A stretch of 50,455 nt of DNA from Elusimicrobiota bacterium (GCA_027340875.1 DAIENX010000068.1:1-50455); one strand, 5' to 3'; shown: positions 16,555 through 27,088, counted from the first letter of the stretch. Numbers and translations: made by a program. Notes: generated from the sequence alone by a model not told the origin.

Positions 16555-18462
16555 TCACTTCAGCCTGTCCAGCCTGTTCTTGTAGAGGTAGTTCGCTCCC
16601 TGGTAGAAGGCGATGGCCTCTTCGCCCAGGTCCTTGTCGGACGGATCGGCCGTCAGGTCATTGGTGGCCTCGTCCCACTTGTAGGTCTTCAGGTATTTCT
16701 TGGGGCCGAGCACGGCCAGCTTGCCTTCCTTCAGCAGTCCCATCTTCTGGTAGGTGGACAGGAACGCGCGGCCTTCGGGCCGGCCGGCCAGCATGTCCCG
16801 GCCGAAGAAGCGGCTCTCGTACGAGGCGTTCAGCAGGCCCAGCACGGTGGGGGCCAGGTCCACCTGCGCCGACAGCGTGTCCACCGCCGCCGGCTTCACG
16901 TGCGCCGGAGAATAGATCAGCAGAGGGATATGGTAGCGGTATACCGGCATCTCGGTGCGGCCGGCCGAGTTGGCGCAGTGGTCCCCGGTAAAGACGAACA
17001 CCGTGTCCCTGAACCATGGCTTCTTGGCGGCCTCGGCCAGCAGCTCGCCTATGGCGTAGTCGGAGTATTTGAGAGCTCCGGTGCGGCTCTTGGCGGACGG
17101 AGGGATATCTATCTTGCCGTCGGGGTACGTGAAGGGCCGGTGATTGGAGGTGGTCATCACCATGTAGAAGAAAGGCTTGCCGGCCTTGTAGTCCAGGTCG
17201 GCCTCCTTAACCGTCTTCGCGAAAAGGTCGCCGTCGCAGACGCCCCAGATGTTCGCGAAGGTTATCTCGTTCTCGGCGAAGCTGGCCCGGTCCACGATGT
17301 CGAAGCCGTTGCCGGAGAAGAAGGCGTTCATGTTGTCGAAATAGCCGTAGCCGCCGTAGACGAACCTGTTCTCGTAGCCCAGCCCCTTCATCACCGAGCC
17401 CCACGAGAAGAAGTCCGCGTTGTCCGGCCTCTTGATAACCGCCTCTCCGGGCAGCGGCGGCATCGACAGGCTGATGGCCTCCAGGCCCCGCACGGTGCGC
17501 GTGCCGCTGGCGTAGAAGCGCTTGAAGAAGAGGGACTTGGGCGCCAGCGCGTCGAGGACGGGCATCACGCCCTGGCCCTTGGCGGCCCCGAAGGCCTCCA
17601 GGTACTCGGCGCTCAGGCTCTCGCCCACCACCACTATCACGTTCAGCCTCTTCAGCGGGCCGCGGCCCTTTATCTTCCGCAGTATGTCCTCGCCCCCGCA
17701 CTTGAACTCCGCTCCCGGCTGCAGCAGGTCCTTACGGAGCCTGGCGAAGACCTCGGCGTCGTCCCTGGTGGCGTAGAAACGGTCGTACGGCAGTTCGCTG
17801 TTCAGGTAAGCGGAGCCGAAGGAATAAAGGCCGTTCATCGCGACCTCGTTGTCGTACTCGTTGGAGGAGACGGCGGCCAGGCGGCCGTCCAGGAAAAGGA
17901 AGAAGACGGCCGGCGCGGCCAGCAGCGGCAGGAAGAAGGCCGCGCGCCTCCTCATCGTCAGCGGCTCGGCGAAGGAGAAGGCCAGCCGCCTCCCGAAGGC
18001 CCACAGCGCCCCGGCCGAGGCGGCCGTCACCAGCGGCAGGACCACCGGCAGGTTATAGGATTCCCTGATGTTGCCGAGCACCTCGTTGGTGTAGACCAGG
18101 TAATCCACCGCAATGAAGTTGTAGCGGACACCGAACTCGTAGAAGAAATAGTACTCCGCCGCCAGGTTGAAGGCCAGCAGGAAGGCGACGGCGAAGAACA
18201 GCCCGTACATGACCGGCCGGTGCCACGAGTGCGAATAGGCGCGTTCGGGAAGCACGAGCAGGTACAGGGCCAGCGGGGCCCCTGCGTAGCCGAACGCGGC
18301 GAGGTCGTACAGCAGGCCCGAGGCGAAGACCTTGGCCAGCGTCCACGCCCCGGCGTCCAGCTCAGGCCAGGCCATGGCCAGCAGCGTCAGGCGGGTCAGC
18401 AGGGAAAAACCGAGGAACAGGAAGAGGAAATTAAGAAAAAGGCCGCGTCGGTCTCTGTTCAT
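16555..18462 (-). CDS. LTA synthase family (membrane sulfatase/phosphoglycerol transferase)
   Basis: N-terminal TM helices; NVIVVVGESL, GTRTVRG, TTSNHRP, GDH, QVDLAPT. Confidence 0.9.
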   Translation of the reverse strand: MNRDRRGLFLNFLFLFLGFSLLTRLTLLAMAWPELDAGAWTLAKVFASGLLYDLAAFGYAGAPLALYLLVLPERAYSHSWHRPVMYGLFFAVAFLLAFNLAAEYYFFYEFGVRYNFIAVDYLVYTNEVLGNIRESYNLPVVLPLVTAASAGALWAFGRRLAFSFAEPLTMRRRAAFFLPLLAAPAVFFLFLDGRLAAVSSNEYDNEVAMNGLYSFGSAYLNSELPYDRFYATRDDAEVFARLRKDLLQPGAEFKCGGEDILRKIKGRGPLKRLNVIVVVGESLSAEYLEAFGAAKGQGVMPVLDALAPKSLFFKRFYASGTRTVRGLEAISLSMPPLPGEAVIKRPDNADFFSWGSVMKGLGYENRFVYGGYGYFDNMNAFFSGNGFDIVDRASFAENEITFANIWGVCDGDLFAKTVKEADLDYKAGKPFFYMVMTTSNHRPFTYPDGKIDIPPSAKSRTGALKYSDYAIGELLAEAAKKPWFRDTVFVFTGDHCANSAGRTEMPVYRYHIPLLIYSPAHVKPAAVDTLSAQVDLAPTVLGLLNASYESRFFGRDMLAGRPEGRAFLSTYQKMGLLKEGKLAVLGPKKYLKTYKWDEATNDLTADPSDKDLGEEAIAFYQGANYLYKNRLDRLK

Positions 18463-18482
18463 CCGGGCTATATTTTACAAAA

Positions 18483-19220
18483 TCAGGGGAACAGGGCGGG
18501 GAGTATGTCGCAGGCGTCGCCTTCCAGCCTGACGTCGGCCAGGGCGTCGTGGGCGGTGGGACCGCGGTTCACGATGATGTAGGACTTGCCGGCCCTCTTC
18601 GCGGCCAGCGGCACCGAGGCGGCAGGCTCCACGCTCAGCGTGGACCCGGCCGCGAGCACGAGGTCGCAGGCCTCCGCGGCGTGGAAGGCCTTCAGCAGGG
18701 TCTCCCGCTCCAGCGGCTGGCCGAACATGATCACGGCGGGCTTCAGCCAGCCGCCGCAGGCGCACTGCGGCGGGGCCCCGTCCGCGTTGAACTTGTCCAG
18801 GGCCTCGCCCATCGGCACCCACGAGAAACAGTCCAGGCATTCCGCGTAGAGCCCGGAGCCGTGCAGCTCCACCAGCTTGTCCGGCCCGGTGCCGGCGGCG
18901 CGGTGCAGCCCGTCTATGTTCTGGGTCACGAGCGCGAGCAGCCGGCCGGTGGCCTCGAAAGCGGCCAGCGCGCGGTGGGCCGCGTTAGGGACGGCCAGGC
19001 TGAAGGCCGGGAAGGTCTCCGCCTTGTAGCGCCAGTACTCCTGCTTGGACCTGGTGGAGGAGATGAAATCGTCGTACAGCACCGGCTCGCGCTTAGTCCA
19101 GACCCCGGAGGGGCCGCGGTAGTCCGGAATGCCGCTGCCGGTGGAGACGCCGGCGCCGGTGAAGACCAGCACCTTCCCGGCCGCCGCTATCAGTTCGCGG
19201 GCCCTGGCGGTTGCGTCCAT
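18483..19220 (-). CDS. cobB: Sirtuin NAD-dependent protein deacylase (CobB-like)
   Basis: TGAGVSTGSGIPDYRG, TQNIDGLH, ELHG, two Cys pairs, KPAVIMFG; start re-called at MDATAR. Confidence 0.9.
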   Translation of the reverse strand: MDATARARELIAAAGKVLVFTGAGVSTGSGIPDYRGPSGVWTKREPVLYDDFISSTRSKQEYWRYKAETFPAFSLAVPNAAHRALAAFEATGRLLALVTQNIDGLHRAAGTGPDKLVELHGSGLYAECLDCFSWVPMGEALDKFNADGAPPQCACGGWLKPAVIMFGQPLERETLLKAFHAAEACDLVLAAGSTLSVEPAASVPLAAKRAGKSYIIVNRGPTAHDALADVRLEGDACDILPALFP

Positions 19221-19225
19221 AGGCC

Positions 19226-19957
19226 TCAGGCCTCCAGCGGCTTCGCGCAGTCTGGGGAATCGTTCGCTGGATCGTTGACCACGTCGGAGACCCTGAAGGC
19301 GCGCATCAGGGAGGAATCGTAAGCCCTCAGCAGCGGCAGCAGTGTCTCGCTGTCGCGGAACTTCGGGTCCAGCCATAGCGCCTCGTGGCGCTGCTCCAGG
19401 ATGACCGGCATGCGGTGGTGGACGGCGCGCACCAGCGCGCTGGCGGCGGTGGTTATCACGGCGAAGGTCTCGCTCTTCTCCTCGTAGACCCCGGCCATGC
19501 CGAAAAGCCCGCCCTCGCGGAGCTCGAAGCGGTGCGGGGCCCTTACCCCGGCGGCGGAATGCCATTCATAGAAGCCGTCGGCCGGCACTATGCAGCGCGA
19601 GCGGTAGAACGCGGAACGGAAGGCCGGCCTGGAGGCTATGCCTTCGGCGCGGGCGTTGATGAAGCCCTCCCTTTCCGGCAGCGGCGCCGCCTCCGGGGCC
19701 CCCTCCTCCGAGTATTTCCGCTCCAGCGTGTTCCCGGAGGAGAACAGCGGCAGCGGGGAGCCGGCCTGTCCCGGAGAGGAGGACCAGGCAGGGAGGAAGC
19801 CCCATTTCATCAGCTTGAGGCCGCCGGCGCAGACTACCGGCACCCTGCCCCCTGGAGGTATGTTGAAGCTGGGCTTCCAGTTGAAAGGCGGCGGCTTCAG
19901 GCCGAAGCGCTTTACCACCTCGGCCAGGTCCAGCGTCTGAGAATATCTGCCGCACAT
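19226..19957 (-). CDS. SOS response-associated peptidase (SRAP/HMCES/YedK family)
   Basis: N-terminal MCGRY, INARAE, PADGFYEW, HHRMPVIL. Confidence 0.93.
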   Translation of the reverse strand: MCGRYSQTLDLAEVVKRFGLKPPPFNWKPSFNIPPGGRVPVVCAGGLKLMKWGFLPAWSSSPGQAGSPLPLFSSGNTLERKYSEEGAPEAAPLPEREGFINARAEGIASRPAFRSAFYRSRCIVPADGFYEWHSAAGVRAPHRFELREGGLFGMAGVYEEKSETFAVITTAASALVRAVHHRMPVILEQRHEALWLDPKFRDSETLLPLLRAYDSSLMRAFRVSDVVNDPANDSPDCAKPLEA

Positions 19958-19970
19958 ATGCCCTTCCTCC

Positions 19971-22442
19971 CTATTTCGCTCCGGCCGGCGGCCTGGAGGG
20001 AACGGAGAAGACCAGCAGCGTGCCGCCGCCCGCCGCGTCCTCCACCCAGATGCGCCCGCCATGGGCCTCGACGGCCAGCTTGCAGAAGGCCAGCCCCAGT
20101 CCTTTGCCTCCCCATTTCCCGGAGGCCGCCCCTTCCAGCTGCACGAACTTCTCGAACACCTTTTCCCTGAACTCCCGGGGTATGCCCGGGCCGCGGTCGC
20201 GCACGTAGAATTCCGAGTACCCTGCCCGCGCCGAGAGCCTGGAACCGGCCTCTATCTCGGAACCGGCCGGCGAGAACTTCAGCGCGTTGGACAGCAGGTT
20301 CTCCAGCACGCGGCGCAGCAGCTCCCTTTCCCCGTAGACCTGCGAAGGCGACGCCTTAAGGCTTATACGCTTGCCGTCGGAATCCGCCAGTATCTTCATC
20401 GAGCCCGCGGCGGCGCGCAGCAGCTCGTCGGCCCCCAGCTTCTCGCGCCGCAGGGAAAGCTTCCCTTCCTCCAGCCTGTTGATGTCGAGGATATCGGAGA
20501 TCATGCGCTTCATCTTCTCGGCCTGGGAGTTCAGGATGGAGAGCACTTCCCGCTGGGATTCCGAGAGCGGCTTGCCGCCGTCGTCCGACAGCATATGCCC
20601 GGCCAGGATGATGGACACCAGCGGGCTCTTCAGGTCGTGCACGATGGTGTGCGTCAGGAAATCCTTCATCGTGGAGAGACGCGCCTTTTCCTCTCCCAGC
20701 AGCGCTATCGCCACAAAATCCGCCACGGCGCCCAGCAGGTTGCGGTCGTCGATCCGCCAGGCCGGCGGGGCCGCCTTCTTCTCGGCGCAGATCACCCCGT
20801 ACGGCTTCTTGCCCACGGTCACGGGCATGACCATGACCGCCCCGGGGCGGCAGCTGGACGGCAGGCACCTGATGAATTCCGGCAGGTTGGGCCCGGCGGC
20901 CTCGTCATCCGAAGAGAGCAGCCGGCCGGAATCCAGGTGGCGGAAGAACATCGGACAGTCGGAGCGCCGTATCCTGTTCATTACGGAATGTCTGCCCGAG
21001 ATCCTGTCGAAGGCGGCGCCGCAGAGGAGGCAGGAGCGGTCCTCGCTGAAGGTCCAGATGCTTACCCGGTCCGCCGCGAGCGCCGAAGCGGCCGTCTCGG
21101 CGGCCTCGCGGAAGGCCAGCTCGGTGTCCGCGGGGAACTTCTTCCTCTTGCGGGCCAGCTCCACCAGCGCCGAGTTCTGCAGCTGCAGCCTCTCCTTGTT
21201 CAACAGCAGCTCACGCTCTATGCGCCGCCGCTCGCTGATGTCGCTGAAGGTCATCACGGCCCCGGAGACCCGGCCGTCGATTATCATCGGCCTGGCGGAG
21301 TAGCGGGCGTACATCCCGGTGCCGTCGGAGCGCCAGAGTATCTCGTCCTGGACCACGCTTTCCTTGTTAAGGGCGTAGGCTTCGTAGAGCGGGCATTCCG
21401 TTTCGGGATACGGAGAGCCGTTGCCGCGCTTCGAATGGATGGCCTTGTGCAGCGGTTTGCCCCGCAGTTCACGCAGCGTCCAGCCCAGCATCCCCTCGGA
21501 GGCTTCGTTCATGTACTGTACGCGCCCCCCGGCGTCCACCACGACTATCCCGTCGCCAACGGACCTGAGTATGATGCGCCTGAAATCCTCCGAGCGCCGC
21601 AGCGACTCCTCCGCTTCCTTCTGGCCGGTGATATCGTCCAGGCACAGCAGAAGGCGCTTCTTGCCGCCGCTGCGTATCATCGCGGTGGAGACCAGGTATA
21701 CCATGCGGCGGCCGTCCAGGCCGGTCAGCTCCGCCTGGACGCGGGAAACCCCGCGGCCGGTGCGCACGGTGGCCGCGGCCATGCGCCGCAGGTCGCATTC
21801 CGGGCAGTGTTTGCCGCGACCGCAGCGGCCGGACTCCGAATTGAAGCACTTGAGGGCCTCGCCTATGAACCTGGACCCCTCCGGCCCCGAATTGGTCCTC
21901 AGGATGTTCAGCCCCTCGTCCAGCAGCGTGAGGCTCACGGGAGTGTTCTCGAAGATGGCCTTCAGCTCCGCGGTACGCTCCTCCGCCAGCTCTTCCACCC
22001 TGGCGCGGTACTCGCGCAGCTCGTTCATCGCCTCCGTCTTCTCGGTGATATCGTGGGCGATGCCCTCCACCATATAGCAGCGGCGCGCCTTGTCCCAGAC
22101 CGGCACCTCCAGCACCTCCAGCCACCGCGGCTTTCCGTCCTTGTGGAAGATCTCCAGCCGGTACGGAGGCTGGTGGCGGCCCTTCAGGCTCTGAACGGTG
22201 TGGCGCACCACCTCTTTATTGACCGGGTTGTCGGTCAGGTAGCGGGTATAGTGCTTGAGGAAGTTCTCCTGGGTGTAGCCCAGGACGCTGCGGATGGAGG
22301 GGCTGACGTAGGTAAAGACCCCGTCGGGACCGTGCTGGTAGAAGAAATACTCGGTCTTGAGGCCTTCCACGAGGCGGCGGTACCTCTTCCCGGGCTCCAT
22401 GAGCCCGGGGTCCGTACTCTCCGCTTCTTTATTCCTCTTCAC
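19971..22442 (-). CDS. Cytoplasmic PAS-PAS-PAS-GAF sensor histidine kinase
   Basis: PAS repeats, GAF, HDLKSPL H-box, NLLSNALKF, DRGPGI, GLGL. Confidence 0.9.
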   Translation of the reverse strand: MKRNKEAESTDPGLMEPGKRYRRLVEGLKTEYFFYQHGPDGVFTYVSPSIRSVLGYTQENFLKHYTRYLTDNPVNKEVVRHTVQSLKGRHQPPYRLEIFHKDGKPRWLEVLEVPVWDKARRCYMVEGIAHDITEKTEAMNELREYRARVEELAEERTAELKAIFENTPVSLTLLDEGLNILRTNSGPEGSRFIGEALKCFNSESGRCGRGKHCPECDLRRMAAATVRTGRGVSRVQAELTGLDGRRMVYLVSTAMIRSGGKKRLLLCLDDITGQKEAEESLRRSEDFRRIILRSVGDGIVVVDAGGRVQYMNEASEGMLGWTLRELRGKPLHKAIHSKRGNGSPYPETECPLYEAYALNKESVVQDEILWRSDGTGMYARYSARPMIIDGRVSGAVMTFSDISERRRIERELLLNKERLQLQNSALVELARKRKKFPADTELAFREAAETAASALAADRVSIWTFSEDRSCLLCGAAFDRISGRHSVMNRIRRSDCPMFFRHLDSGRLLSSDDEAAGPNLPEFIRCLPSSCRPGAVMVMPVTVGKKPYGVICAEKKAAPPAWRIDDRNLLGAVADFVAIALLGEEKARLSTMKDFLTHTIVHDLKSPLVSIILAGHMLSDDGGKPLSESQREVLSILNSQAEKMKRMISDILDINRLEEGKLSLRREKLGADELLRAAAGSMKILADSDGKRISLKASPSQVYGERELLRRVLENLLSNALKFSPAGSEIEAGSRLSARAGYSEFYVRDRGPGIPREFREKVFEKFVQLEGAASGKWGGKGLGLAFCKLAVEAHGGRIWVEDAAGGGTLLVFSVPSRPPAGAK

Positions 22443-22525
22443 GACCGCCCCCTGCCGCCGCCATCTAGCCCCTTAGCCTTACCGCAATTATCGCAAAAAA
22501 AACCCCGCTGAGGAAGCGGTAACGC

Positions 22526-23413
22526 CTATATCCCCGCCTTGAGGCGCTCTATCCTCTCCTCGAGCGGCGGATGAGTGGCGAAAAGCGAGAACCGGCGCCC
22601 GCCTGAGATCTTCAGCGTGGCCAGCGACTGCTTGCGGGTGAGGTCCGCGTACTCTATGTTGCGCCGCAGCGCTTCCAGCGCGCCTATCATCTTCTCCCTG
22701 CCCGCCAGGCTGGCGCCGCCGGAGTCGGCGCGGTACTCGCGCCAGCGCGAGAAGGCGGCCACGGCTATCATTCCCAGGAAGCTCAGCACTATCTCCAGCA
22801 GGAAGATCACGAGATAGCTGGGCGCGGCCGAGCTGTCCTCGTCGCGGCCGCGGTTGGCCAGGAAGAAAGCTATCACGCGCGCCAGGAACATCACCAGCGC
22901 GTTTATGACGCCCTGCAGCAGCGTCATCGTAACCATGTCGCCGTTGGCTATATGGGAGATCTCGTGTCCCAGCACGCCCTCCACCTGGTAGCGGTCCAGC
23001 CTCTCCAGCAGGCCGGCGCTTACCGCCACCAGGGCCCTGCTTTTAGTGGGGCCGGTGGCGAAGGCGTTTATCTCGGGACTGGGATAGATGCCCACCTCGG
23101 GCATGGCCGGAAGGCCGGCAGCCGAGGCGAGGCGGTGCACGGTGCTGACCAGCTCGGAGAGGGCGGGTTCGGTGGTCGCCGGGTCTATGACCTGCACGCC
23201 CATCATCCACTTGGCCATCACCCTGGAAAGCCCCAGCGAGATGAACGCTCCGCCCATGCCCCAGACCAGGCAGAAAACCAGGAGCGCGTGGTAGTCTATG
23301 CCGCGGGCCGAGAAATAATAACGGACGCCCAGCAGGTTCAGAGTGATGGAAAGGGTAAGGATTATCAGCAGGTTGACCGCGAGGAACATCGCTACTCGCT
23401 TAGCTATAGCCAT
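22526..23413 (-). CDS. htpX: Membrane zinc protease HtpX
   Basis: NAFATGP, HEISHIANGDMVTMTL, FSRWREYRAD, THPPLEERI. Confidence 0.95.
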   Translation of the reverse strand: MAIAKRVAMFLAVNLLIILTLSITLNLLGVRYYFSARGIDYHALLVFCLVWGMGGAFISLGLSRVMAKWMMGVQVIDPATTEPALSELVSTVHRLASAAGLPAMPEVGIYPSPEINAFATGPTKSRALVAVSAGLLERLDRYQVEGVLGHEISHIANGDMVTMTLLQGVINALVMFLARVIAFFLANRGRDEDSSAAPSYLVIFLLEIVLSFLGMIAVAAFSRWREYRADSGGASLAGREKMIGALEALRRNIEYADLTRKQSLATLKISGGRRFSLFATHPPLEERIERLKAGI

Positions 23414-23555
23414 AACAGCCTCCCGCCCCGCTCTTAGGCAGGGCTCCGCCCCTATATCTTATCAAATATACGGCGCCGGCCCCGGCGGCGGCCGCCGCGC
23501 GCAAAAAAAGGCGCCTCCCGAAAGGAGTCGCCCCATGCGGCAGGAAACCGGCGTC

Positions 23556-23792
23556 TCAGAAAGGGAGCGTGTCCACCCCCTGCCGCAGCGGCCTGTAGCC
23601 GTGCATCTCCCCGGCCGCGTCCACGGCGACCTCGTATGACCTGGACAGCCCGGCCCCGCCGGGGACGGCCTCGGTGACGCGCACGGTCACGAAGTATAGC
23701 TCCCCGTCGCCGCGCACCCCGAGCACCTCCGGCGCGGAGAAGCCGGTGTTCCCGGACAGTCCTTTTCTGGCCGCCTCGGCTATCCCGGTCAC
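23556..23792 (-). CDS. Small hypothetical protein (78 aa)
   Basis: GTG at 23792 with SD GGAGGA, overlapping the upstream ORF stop (GTGA). Confidence 0.5.
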   Translation of the reverse strand: MTGIAEAARKGLSGNTGFSAPEVLGVRGDGELYFVTVRVTEAVPGGAGLSRSYEVAVDAAGEMHGYRPLRQGVDTLPF

Positions 23793-24034
23793 TCCTCCTC
23801 CCCTTTGCGCTGTCCCTTGAGGGCCAGTGTCTCCCGCTCCAGCTCCCGCCAGACCCGGCGCCAGCTGCCGCCGCCGGAGAATATCCTCCGGCCGCAGCGG
23901 AACTCGTGGGTACGGCCGTCGCTGCAGAGCATCACCAGCAGCGAGGAATGCTCGTCCACCACGGAGCATTCGATACCCCTGCAGGAATAGAAATCTATGA
24001 TCTTCCTCGCTACTTCCGTGCCCTCGCGCAGCAT
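23789..24034 (-). CDS. Small hypothetical protein (81 aa)
   Basis: SD-like GGAGGAGGG before ATG; translationally coupled to the next ORF. Confidence 0.5.
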   Translation of the reverse strand: MLREGTEVARKIIDFYSCRGIECSVVDEHSSLLVMLCSDGRTHEFRCGRRIFSGGGSWRRVWRELERETLALKGQRKGEEE

Positions 24035-24390
24035 GTTCCCTCCTCCGCCCGTTCAGCAGGCGCGGCACAGCAGCAGATTGCAGACGGACAGCATCCTCTC
24101 GGCCCTGAGAAAATAGAATTCGCGGCGCAGGCGCTGGAATCTCTTTTTCCCGGCCCCGCGGGCACGTCGTTTTGGTCTTGGATCTCTCATCTTGCCCCCC
24201 GGCAGCCTGCTGGACGGCCCTCCTCCACTGCGCTCCGCCGCCCGTATTTCCCGACGGCGGGGGCCATCCAGCAGGCTGCGCGACTAACCCTACCCCTGAG
24301 AAAAATATACGAACTAACGGAGCGGCCGGTGAATCCCCGGAACGGGCTATTCTCCGCTGGAAAATACGGCTATTCGGAAAAGGCTAACCC

Positions 24391-25026
24391 TCAGAGGATG
24401 GCTATCTTCTCCCTGATGGCGAAGCGGACCAGGTCGGTCTGCTTGTGTATGTCCAGCTTGCGGGCGATGTTGTTGCGGTGGGCGTGCACCGTGTTGGCCG
24501 ATATCTTAAGCTTCCTGGAGATCTCCTTGTCGGCAAGACCCTCGGCTATCAGCTGCACGATCTCGCGCTCCTTGGGAGTGAGCCGGGAGGCGTCGCCGGC
24601 TTCCCTTCCGGACTTGCCGCCAGGCTCCTGCGTCGCGCTGACGCTGAAATAGGTGCCGCCCCTGCTGACGGCCCTGATGGCCTTCACCAGGTCTTCGGAG
24701 GTATTCTCCTTCAGCACATAGCCGCGCACTCCGGCCTCCATGGCCCTGCGCACCAGGCCGGGGTCGTTATGCATGGTCAGCAGAATGACCTTGGCCTTCT
24801 TGTCCTCGCGCAACAGGCGGGAGGCGGCCTCCAGGCCGTTGAGCCTGGGCATGGCCGCGTCCAGCACGTAGACGTCGGCCGGTTTCTTCTTCGCCAGCTC
24901 CAGCGCCTCTTTGCCGTCGGAAGCCTCGCCGCGTATCACTATGTCGCGGCCCATTTTCTCCAGCAGGGCCCTTATCCCCTCGCGCACTATGGCATGGTCG
25001 TCAGCGATTATCAAGTTGATCGGCAT
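24391..25026 (-). CDS. NarL/LuxR family response regulator
   Basis: ADDH..VREG receiver domain, LTPKEREIV..HRNNIARKL HTH. Confidence 0.95.
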   Translation of the reverse strand: MPINLIIADDHAIVREGIRALLEKMGRDIVIRGEASDGKEALELAKKKPADVYVLDAAMPRLNGLEAASRLLREDKKAKVILLTMHNDPGLVRRAMEAGVRGYVLKENTSEDLVKAIRAVSRGGTYFSVSATQEPGGKSGREAGDASRLTPKEREIVQLIAEGLADKEISRKLKISANTVHAHRNNIARKLDIHKQTDLVRFAIREKIAIL

Positions 25027-26221
25027 TGTCCCCCCCGTTAGAGCCCGGCCTGGCCGGCAGGGTCCCCCTTACGCTGGTGCCGAACCCCGGTGCGGACCTG
25101 ATAACGACCTCCCCGCACATGGATTCGGCCTCTTCGCGCATTATCTTCAGGCCCAGGCACGAGCCCGCGGCCGCGCAGACCGTATCCGGGTCGAAGCCCC
25201 GGCCGTCGTCGCTTACCGAGAACATCACGCTGCTGCCCGAGCCGATAAGACGTATCTTTATGGTGCGCGGCGAGGCGTGCTTTATCGCGTTGCCGGCCGC
25301 CTCCTGCACCATGCGGTAGACCATGACCTTGACCAGGTCTTCTATGCGGGACTCGTCCTTTATCCTGGCGAAGCATTCCACCTTCGCGCCGCTGCAGGCC
25401 TCCAGCCTGCGGGACAGCTCGGCCACGGCCCCGGCCAGGCCCAGCATCCCCAGGGAGGGAGGCCGTATATCCCCGGCTATCCTTCTTACCGCGGAAGCCA
25501 GCTCGCCCAGCGCGCCGCCGGCCTCCTTCAGCTTGCCAAGGACTACCGGGCTTCCACCCTTCAGCTCCTCGCCGGCCAGGAAGATCGCCGTTTTGGTCCT
25601 CATTATCAGCGAGCCCAGCTCGTCGTGCAGGAAGTTCGCTATCTTCCGCTTCTCTTCTTCGCGGGCCCGTATGACCTGGCGCGACGCCCGCCTGAGCCTG
25701 GCGGCCGCCTGCCGGTACTGGCTGACGTCCCTGGCTATACCCAGCGTCCCTATCAGCGCCCCGTCCTCCCCGAGTATCGGTGTACGCACTATCTCGGTCC
25801 ACCTGGAGCGCCCGTTCGGCCCCTCGGACGAGAAAACGGAACGCGCGGGTTTGAAGGTGGCGGCCACCTTCCCCTCCTGCTCGGCATGCCTGCCGGCGAA
25901 GTCCTCGGGCCAGACGTCCCAGTCCGTCCTGCCTATGAGCCGCTTCTGCGGCACCCCGCAGGCCTCGGCGAAACGGCGGCTGGCGGCGACGAATCTCCCC
26001 GAGGAGTCCTTGACCCAGGCCACTTCCGGTATATTGTCGAACAGCGCTTTCTGGCGCACTTTCAGGCCGAGACGAGTAGCGGCCGCAGCGCCCGCCAGGG
26101 CTCCGCGGCTGAAAAGGGAATACTGCGCGCTTTCCGGGCGTGCAGTACTCCCTACGGTACCAGTCTTGGCTCTTCCGACGTCCGCCAGGTCCGCGGACGC
26201 GCGTCTTAGCAGCCTCCCCAT
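25001..26221 (-). CDS. PAS-domain HisKA_3 sensor histidine kinase
   Basis: EEEKRKIANFLHDELG, QEAAGNAIKHA, DDGRGF, GLKIMRE; start uncertain. Confidence 0.88.
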   Translation of the reverse strand: MGRLLRRASADLADVGRAKTGTVGSTARPESAQYSLFSRGALAGAAAATRLGLKVRQKALFDNIPEVAWVKDSSGRFVAASRRFAEACGVPQKRLIGRTDWDVWPEDFAGRHAEQEGKVAATFKPARSVFSSEGPNGRSRWTEIVRTPILGEDGALIGTLGIARDVSQYRQAAARLRRASRQVIRAREEEKRKIANFLHDELGSLIMRTKTAIFLAGEELKGGSPVVLGKLKEAGGALGELASAVRRIAGDIRPPSLGMLGLAGAVAELSRRLEACSGAKVECFARIKDESRIEDLVKVMVYRMVQEAAGNAIKHASPRTIKIRLIGSGSSVMFSVSDDGRGFDPDTVCAAAGSCLGLKIMREEAESMCGEVVIRSAPGFGTSVRGTLPARPGSNGGDNADQLDNR

Positions 26222-26334
26222 AACCTTACCCCCACCATTAATGTAGCAGAAAAAACGGCTAAAGTCAAATAATTCCAAAAACCACAAATTCCACAAACAG
26301 AGAAAAAATGCTAGCATGCTCGGGGGGTATCGAT

Positions 26335-27084
26335 ATGCTGCACAGAATGGTTTACGCTACGCTCACGGCAGCGGTGGTGCTGGCCGTCTTCTTTTTTCCA
26401 TACCTCAACGGGGACCGGGGAGGGAACATGAACGGAGTCGGAGGTAATCTCTACGGCGCGCGGCAGGCGATGGTGACGGAGCAGATCAAGGCGCGCGGGA
26501 TCTCGGACCCGCGCGTGCTCAGGGCCATGCTGGAGGTGCCGCGGCACGAGTTCGTTCCCGCCGACCTGGCGGACGAGGCTTATGCCGACAAACCGCTGGC
26601 TATTGGCCTGGGCCAGACCATCAGCCAGCCCTATATCGTCGCGTACATGACGGAAAAGCTGGAGCTGGCGCCGGGAGACAAGGTGCTGGAGATAGGCACC
26701 GGCTCAGGCTACCAGGCGGCCGTGCTGGCCTCGCTGGGGGCGGAAGTCTATTCAGTAGAGATCATCTGCGCTCTGGAAAAGCAGGCTAGCGAGCGGCTGG
26801 CAAGGATGGGTTACACCTGGGTCAGGACGCGCTGCGCCGACGGCTGGAAGGGCTGGCCGGAAAAAGCGCCTTTCAAAGGCATAATACTGACCGCCGCCCC
26901 GGACCGGATACCTGCCGCGCTGACGGACCAGTTGGCCGAAGGCGGCAGGCTGATAGCGCCGGTAGGCGGCAGGCTTGGGCAGGACCTGGTGCTGGTCAGG
27001 AAGGAAAAGGGAAAACTGAAGGAAGAGACGCTGCTCGCCGTGGCCTTCGTGAGGATGACCGGCGGCGAGCGGCAGGAACGCTAG
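26335..27084 (+). CDS. pcm: Protein-L-isoaspartate O-methyltransferase
   Basis: VPRHEF, GQTISQPYIVA, LEIGTGSGYQAA; alternative start at 26428. Confidence 0.93.
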   Translation: MLHRMVYATLTAAVVLAVFFFPYLNGDRGGNMNGVGGNLYGARQAMVTEQIKARGISDPRVLRAMLEVPRHEFVPADLADEAYADKPLAIGLGQTISQPYIVAYMTEKLELAPGDKVLEIGTGSGYQAAVLASLGAEVYSVEIICALEKQASERLARMGYTWVRTRCADGWKGWPEKAPFKGIILTAAPDRIPAALTDQLAEGGRLIAPVGGRLGQDLVLVRKEKGKLKEETLLAVAFVRMTGGERQER

Positions 27085-27088
27085 ACCT

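Noticed and set aside
18483..19220. Defence-type SIR2 (Thoeris/DSR) NADase
   Set aside because: Zn-binding cysteines and motifs are those of a housekeeping CobB-like deacylase, in host context.
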